64,000 nucleotides of DNA from Promethearchaeati archaeon SRVP18_Atabeyarchaeia-1 (GTDB lineage: Archaea; Asgardarchaeota; Atabeyarchaeia; Atabeyarchaeales; Atabeyarchaeaceae). A program made the position numbers and the translations under genes. The number at the start of each line of letters is the position of its first letter. The first letter of the stretch is position 1. Under the pieces are notes generated by a model that had not been told where the DNA came from, made no database searches, and saw nothing but the letters and a program-made list of their open reading frames with translations. Positions 58,993 through 64,000 of this stretch are shown here, one piece after another. Where the stretch lies: positions 704,001 through 768,000 of the forward strand of contig CP147779.1 of the NCBI GenBank assembly GCA_037308085.1, written 5' to 3'.

Positions 58993-59237
58993 TGTGGAAA
59001 CCCCTTTCTAGCAGAGTGAGATTAAAGCAGGGTAGTAATCCGGATTCATTAGACGAGGAATGGTTCTGCTTCCAGCTCAGCCCTTGCGGAAAACACTGAG
59101 CAAGGATTCAGATTTGAGATTCCTTCGTTGGGCTCACGATAAAAATATGTCTCTACAACCCCCCCCTCATATTCGACAATAACCGAATTCCCGCCTGAGA
59201 ATATGCCAAAAACGAATACATCAACATTGACACGCAA

Positions 59238-59617
59238 GATCTGTTACTTCTGCGGTTGGCGTGTTTTTGGATGGAAGGCTTTTATGCGGAAGGAGGCTTA
59301 GTTTGGGCGCGCAAGCATTCAAAGCGATCAGGCAGAGCTGCACACCAATTACGTTAACCCATCCAAGACTTCTTCCCTCTGCGCGATATGTGGTTCACCA
59401 GTAACCGAATGTGCGGGGAGGAAGCTCTACTGCCCACGCTGCAACAGGCTCGTGGACAGGGATGAGAACGCGGCTTTGAACATCGCGGGCGCAGGGCTGT
59501 GGTTCAGCCTGAAGGGAGCGGCAAGTGAAGCAGCGAAGGGGAACCCCGAACACGGAAAGGCAATCCCCAGAGCAGATGCCACCCAGTTACCTCTTAAACC
59601 GAAGAGGTAACAGAACC
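59238..59617 (+). mobile_element. Internally deleted tnpB mini-element (~380 bp) with inverted termini and intact 3' scaffold region
   Basis: TnpB N-terminus (AQAFKAIRQS) joined out of frame to the C-terminus (YVNPSKTSSLCAICG...CPRC...DRDENAALNI, stop 59608-59610); ends TCTGTTACTTCTGCGGTT / AACCGAAGAGGTAACAGA. Confidence 0.88.
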
Positions 59618-59682
59618 AGACGCAACAAGGGTAATAAACAGTGGATAGTCGTAGAGCAAGAAGAAATCGGCGGTGTTCTTGA

Positions 59683-61086
59683 TTGGCGAGTTCGAGAGAG
59701 ATCTACAGCGAGCTTGTGAATATTGTCGGGACTGGAAATGTCAGTGATGACGAGATAATCCTTTACTCGTACAGTGAGGACTCCAGCCCATTTCCTTCAA
59801 AGAAACCCGCGGTCGTCGTGAGAGTAGGCGACACGGGCGAGGTATCACAGATCCTAAAGTTCGCCAACAAGACGAAAACTCCAGTCGTTCCGACGGGAGG
59901 AAGAAGTAGCATAAGTGGGGCTCCATTGCCAAGGGTTCCTGGTGCGATAATGCTGGATTTGACTAAGATGGACTTGGTCAAGGAAGTCGATGACGATACA
60001 CTCACCGTCACTACTCAGTGTGGCATGAGGTGGGCCCAACTGATACATGAGCTGTACCTGAAAGGTTACAAGCTTGGCTTCAGGGGGCCATATGGAGGGA
60101 ACGCTGGGACAATCGGTGGCTCGCTCAGCGTCAACACCGTCGGATGTGGCGCAAGCAAGTGGGGCGGGGCCTGCAATAGTGTAGTCAGTATCGAGGTCGT
60201 TCTGCCCACAGGCGAGGTAGTGAGAACTGGAAGTGCTTGGAGTCCGGTAGCCAAAAGATTCTCCAGATATGCAACTTTCAACGACCTCACTGGTCTCTTC
60301 TTGGGAGACCATGGAACCCTGGGTGTCAAGACTGAGGCTACACTCAAAATCTATCCGCTGCCAAAAGGAACCGCCTATGCTGATTATGGCTTCAGCAGAC
60401 TCAGTGACTGCGTGAGCGCATTCCACGAACTTCAGAAGCTGGGGATACCTGAAGAAATCATCATGCTGGGAGACAAGGCGTCGATCGGTCTGTTGGCCGA
60501 GACCTACCTTGAATCTTTCCCTGAGGTAGAATGCGTATTCGCAGTCGCAATCGAGGAGATTGACAGCGCTATCTCTGACCGAAAAAAGGCACTATGTGAC
60601 GAGGTGGCAAAGAAGCACGGCGGCAAAGCACTGGGATCATTTCTAACTAGAGCCCATTGGCTCGACATGTTCAACATGACTCAGCCACTCTTCGATTCTG
60701 GGTTCTGGTTCAACACCTGCCACATAAGACCAATTTCAACACTGCCTGAGATAATCGATGATGCCCTGAGGCTGTTTAAGAGAGAGAAAGTGAACGAGAA
60801 GGGAATGAAGTGGATTATAAGCGCCTTGGGGGTTGACAGATGTTACTCCACGGCTTGGATAACTCTGTTCGAAGGAGATCCAGCCAAGCGGAGCGAGCTC
60901 GAGAAGGTTTGGAACCAGCTCAAGGAAATGGAACTCGAAAGCGGTGGGGTTCCTTACTGGGCAGGTCCGCTCTGGGAGCCTCATGTATTGCCCAGAGTCG
61001 GTCAAGGGTTCTACTCCGTTCTGAAGAAGATTAAGAGCGTAATCGACCCGAATTCAATACTACATCCTTCAACATTCGGACTGTGA
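59683..61086 (+). CDS. FAD-binding oxidoreductase (GlcD/D-lactate dehydrogenase/VAO family)
   Basis: P..VV, VPTGGRSS.SG, TIGG, EVVLPTG, DLTGLFLGDHGTLGV.T, IK..IDPNSILHP. Confidence 0.9.
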   Translation: MASSREIYSELVNIVGTGNVSDDEIILYSYSEDSSPFPSKKPAVVVRVGDTGEVSQILKFANKTKTPVVPTGGRSSISGAPLPRVPGAIMLDLTKMDLVKEVDDDTLTVTTQCGMRWAQLIHELYLKGYKLGFRGPYGGNAGTIGGSLSVNTVGCGASKWGGACNSVVSIEVVLPTGEVVRTGSAWSPVAKRFSRYATFNDLTGLFLGDHGTLGVKTEATLKIYPLPKGTAYADYGFSRLSDCVSAFHELQKLGIPEEIIMLGDKASIGLLAETYLESFPEVECVFAVAIEEIDSAISDRKKALCDEVAKKHGGKALGSFLTRAHWLDMFNMTQPLFDSGFWFNTCHIRPISTLPEIIDDALRLFKREKVNEKGMKWIISALGVDRCYSTAWITLFEGDPAKRSELEKVWNQLKEMELESGGVPYWAGPLWEPHVLPRVGQGFYSVLKKIKSVIDPNSILHPSTFGL

Positions 61087-61098
61087 AGGTGAACTAAG

Positions 61099-62730
61099 TT
61101 GAACTACCCGTCGTTGGACAAATACCTCTCCCAGATGGAAAAGTGCGCGAAGTGCGGAGATTGCGCGTACGCGGTGAAATTGACGACCTCAAGGAAACCG
61201 ATATCGATGCCCTGCGCCGTCAGAAACGTTCTTGGATTTGAGGCCTATGATGCGCGAGGGAGAATAATTGTAATGAAGAATCTCTTGCAGGGAAAGATCG
61301 AAGCCGACGAGAAATTCCTAGATTGGCTATATACGTGCACTACTTGCGCAAACTGTAAGGAGACGTGTCTTGCCGTGCCTGACGGCATAGACACACCATC
61401 CATGGTGGAAGCGATGAGAAAGGATGCGGTCGCTCAAGGACTGACCCTAGACAAACATCTCACAATCAAGGGCTTCACCCAGAACCAGCATAATCCATAC
61501 GGGGAGCCGCATTCGAAGAGAAGGGAATTCCTTAGGACTGAAAAGTTGCCTAGCAAAGGCAAGGTAAGCTACTTCGTGGGTTGCACCACATCGTACAGAC
61601 AGCAGGATGTCGCAAGGGCCACAGTTAAGCTTTTGAAGCACGCTGGAGTTGATTTTGCTATGCTGGGGGACGAATGGTGCTGTGGCTCGGTGCATCTCAG
61701 ATTGGGATATGAGGAGCTTGCAAGAGAGGTAATGGAGCACAACTTGGATGAGATCGACAGGGCCGGTTCGGAGACTGTTGTCACAACGTGCTCGGGGTGC
61801 TACAGAGCATTAAAAGATGCTTATCGGAGCCTCGAGAGCAGTGAAGGCTCAAGAATAAAGATCCTTCACATAACGGAATTGCTTGACCAGCTAGCCGAGA
61901 AAGGGAAGATATCATTCTCGGCCAAGAAACTAGCTAGAGTGACTTACCACGACCCCTGCCACTTAGGGCGTCATGGCGGCGTCTATGAAGCCCCAAGAAG
62001 ACTTATTGAGAGAGTCAAGGGCGCTCAACTTGTGGAAATGAAGACGAACCGGAGCTACGCTCATTGCTGTGGCGCTGGTGGAGGAGTGAAGTCCACTCAC
62101 CCTAACCTTGCAACTCAGGTTGCCAGACAAAGGATCGGGGAAGCCCTCGAAGTCAACTCAGATCTACTCTTGACCGCGTGCCCATTCTGCAAGACAAATC
62201 TATCTGACGCGTCAAATGACCTCATTAGAGTCCAAGACGTGGTCGAATATCTTGCCGACAGCCTAAGCACAGCACCCGGTCCAAATGCGCTCCCTGTTCA
62301 GCAGTTGGGGGCAAGCGAACTCGGTGGCGCTGATTTCCAAGCTTATTTGGGGCGCCATCCTGAGATATTCGTAGATCTCGTCAAAGATTCAATTCTTGAC
62401 TTTGCCTACTTCAGGTCATGGAACTCTTTTGACAAAGGGGAAAAACCCATAGATGTATTCAATGTGAAGCGAACCGAAAGCGGGATCGAAATTAAGCTTG
62501 GTCGAGCTGAGAGAGCCGACGTGGCTCTGAACTTCTCACCCGACTCCGTCAGGGATTTGGTCGCAAGCGCCAACAGGGACGAGTATGCAAAGAAATTCGG
62601 CCGCTTCTATAACGAGCCTACCGAAGACAAGTGGATAGACTTCATACTGAACAAGAGTACCAAGACTCTGATAAGAATGGGCTATGGGAAATTCGCCAGA
62701 GAAGCAGGAATACTTCAAGAAGAAGAGTGA
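61099..62730 (+). CDS. GlcF/HdrD-like Fe-S oxidoreductase (ferredoxin plus two CCG domains) fused to a C-terminal SCP2-like domain
   Basis: CAKCGDC, CTTCANC...C, YFVGC, WCCG, TTCSGC, YHDPCHLGR, CCGAGGG, TACPFC; extra ~135 aa C-terminus. Confidence 0.9.
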   Translation: MNYPSLDKYLSQMEKCAKCGDCAYAVKLTTSRKPISMPCAVRNVLGFEAYDARGRIIVMKNLLQGKIEADEKFLDWLYTCTTCANCKETCLAVPDGIDTPSMVEAMRKDAVAQGLTLDKHLTIKGFTQNQHNPYGEPHSKRREFLRTEKLPSKGKVSYFVGCTTSYRQQDVARATVKLLKHAGVDFAMLGDEWCCGSVHLRLGYEELAREVMEHNLDEIDRAGSETVVTTCSGCYRALKDAYRSLESSEGSRIKILHITELLDQLAEKGKISFSAKKLARVTYHDPCHLGRHGGVYEAPRRLIERVKGAQLVEMKTNRSYAHCCGAGGGVKSTHPNLATQVARQRIGEALEVNSDLLLTACPFCKTNLSDASNDLIRVQDVVEYLADSLSTAPGPNALPVQQLGASELGGADFQAYLGRHPEIFVDLVKDSILDFAYFRSWNSFDKGEKPIDVFNVKRTESGIEIKLGRAERADVALNFSPDSVRDLVASANRDEYAKKFGRFYNEPTEDKWIDFILNKSTKTLIRMGYGKFAREAGILQEEE

Positions 62731-62815
62731 GCTACCAACCCTGAAGCGTGTGGGCTCGCCAGCTCGATTATTGCAGGAGCCGAGCCAAGCTGATACAAGG
62801 CTGGAACCCGATTTT

Positions 62816-63283
62816 CTATTTTGCATCAGGGCTGCTAATCTGCTCCATGAACCCATAACGATTCGCCCAATTTCTGTAGCCAACTCTCCAAAGTGCTAGC
62901 CGACTCTTGTTCACTTTGTAATCCAAATCCCAGGCGCCTGATCCTTCTTTCATAATCTTCGAGTAATTCGAGTAGTAGGTCTTAGCGTCAGGCGAGGATG
63001 ACATAAGTTCGACAATTGCTTCCTCCGTGAAGTAGAGAATCAAGTCAGGTGTTTCCGATGCCGCGCCGATACCAAGTTCCAAACGCCGTTCGCTGGTCTT
63101 CTTTAGGTGAAACAGGACTCTCTCATTACCATCAAGCGTGGGACTTCTGACATGGTACTCCCAAATTGCCCCGATACTGAGATCCATCATGAGATCGGGA
63201 TGACTGGGGTAGTACTCTTTCACCATCTTCAGTAGCTCTCCAGGCGTTGGAGTGGAAACATCTTTGCCTTTTGCCGGAGACAA
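62816..63283 (-). CDS. Stand-alone paralog of the Fe-S protein C-terminal domain (SCP2-like, unassigned family)
   Basis: Shared motifs HP.L..DL, F.LK.T, PDL.L.F, D...NKS...L.R.GY. Confidence 0.8.
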   Translation of the reverse strand: MSPAKGKDVSTPTPGELLKMVKEYYPSHPDLMMDLSIGAIWEYHVRSPTLDGNERVLFHLKKTSERRLELGIGAASETPDLILYFTEEAIVELMSSSPDAKTYYSNYSKIMKEGSGAWDLDYKVNKSRLALWRVGYRNWANRYGFMEQISSPDAK

Positions 63284-63334
63284 AACGGGGCACCACCTCT
63301 TGTTCAGGGAGTCACGCCTTACTCGAAAGCAGCA

Positions 63335-63388
63335 TAAAAAAGAAAAAGAAAGTAGACAGCAGGCGCCTAATGACCTTACGGCATTAGG
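63335..63388 (-). terminator. Hairpin plus U-tract after the SCP2 gene
   Basis: Minus strand CCTAATG-CC-GTAA-GG-T-CATTAGG followed by TTTCTTTTTCTTTTT. Confidence 0.65.
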
Positions 63389-63389
63389 T

Positions 63390-63788
63390 TTACCTTACAG
63401 CCTCTAGGATGGTTCTGAACTTGATGGCGTCTGGGAGTGGTCCTTGGATTCTGAGTTGGCCACCCATGTAAGCAGAGGTAGCGTCAATCTCACCCTTCAG
63501 CATACCTGTGAATGTAGCTGTATCTGCCTCGAGGGTGATGTCTGCAGACGAGTGTGTTCCCGAAGTTGGACCGGCTGCCTTCTTGGCCTTGAACTCGACG
63601 TAGAATGGTGCCCCATCACTGACTGAAAACTGCATGATACGGTCCCAATCCTCAAGCTCAGCTTGGGCTGCCGAGGACTTGTTTATCTGACCGACTAGCC
63701 CACTCATCGCGTCCATAAGCGGTGAACCTTTTCCTGCTGGTTTTCCTGCTGGTTTTGCTGCTGCTGCTGCTGCTGGTTTCTTAGACAT
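63390..63788 (-). CDS. SCP2 sterol/lipid-binding domain protein with a Lys/Ala/Pro-rich N-terminal tail
   Basis: ADITLEAD..TF..ML.GEIDA..AYMGGQLRIQG.L.DA.KF; SD AGGAGG. Confidence 0.93.
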   Translation of the reverse strand: MSKKPAAAAAAKPAGKPAGKGSPLMDAMSGLVGQINKSSAAQAELEDWDRIMQFSVSDGAPFYVEFKAKKAAGPTSGTHSSADITLEADTATFTGMLKGEIDATSAYMGGQLRIQGPLPDAIKFRTILEAVR

Positions 63789-64000
63789 TTTACCTCGTTC
63801 CTCCTTATTCTACGAGAATAGAATCCCAGAATTCGTCTATAAATACGTATCTAGGCAATGAATAAAGGTTAAGCTTGTTCCTTATAAACTTGAGTATTGC
63901 TTCTTCCTCGGAAAATTTTATTCCGTGGCGGGCAGATCGCATGCGTCAGAGAGAGGGAGAGATTCTTCTGAACGAAAAGGAAACTCGGGTTTCATGAACT

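Overview
Archaeal chromosomal segment (roughly 50% GC by eye), most likely from an Asgard-type archaeon. The assignment rests on a dynein-light-chain-like roadblock protein, two more roadblock proteins and an MglA-type small GTPase, alongside a GPN GTPase, a TFE-beta/RPC34-like protein and SMC-ScpA-ScpB. Most of the window is housekeeping: RNA processing (Trm11, RNase Z, ThpR, CCA, Trm1, TruA, fibrillarin, Nop5, Gar1), replication (GINS-MCM-Hel308, RFC, SMC), TFB, eS8, SRP19, PurB, PyrD/PyrK, molybdenum cofactor synthesis, PncB, HDAC, UppS and AcdB. The most notable non-routine signals are these. (1) Three LAGLIDADG inteins (two in MCM, one in Hel308) sit at the centre of a sharp flip in synonymous codon skew, with A/C-ending codons upstream and G/T-ending codons downstream. 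(2) A tRNA-Pro(GGG) has a BHB intron in the D-loop and C instead of the near-invariant U33. (3) A ~370-nt highly structured non-coding element at 33.4-33.8 kb could not be identified. (4) An IS607-type tnpB element occurs with a separate family of internally deleted mini-elements that have inverted ends and keep the guide-RNA scaffold region. (5) An ALDH / FAD-oxidoreductase / CCG Fe-S / SCP2 locus carries a duplicated SCP2-like domain. (6) A small His/Met-rich tandem-repeat protein is present. All calls come from motif recognition by eye; no database searches or folding programs were run.
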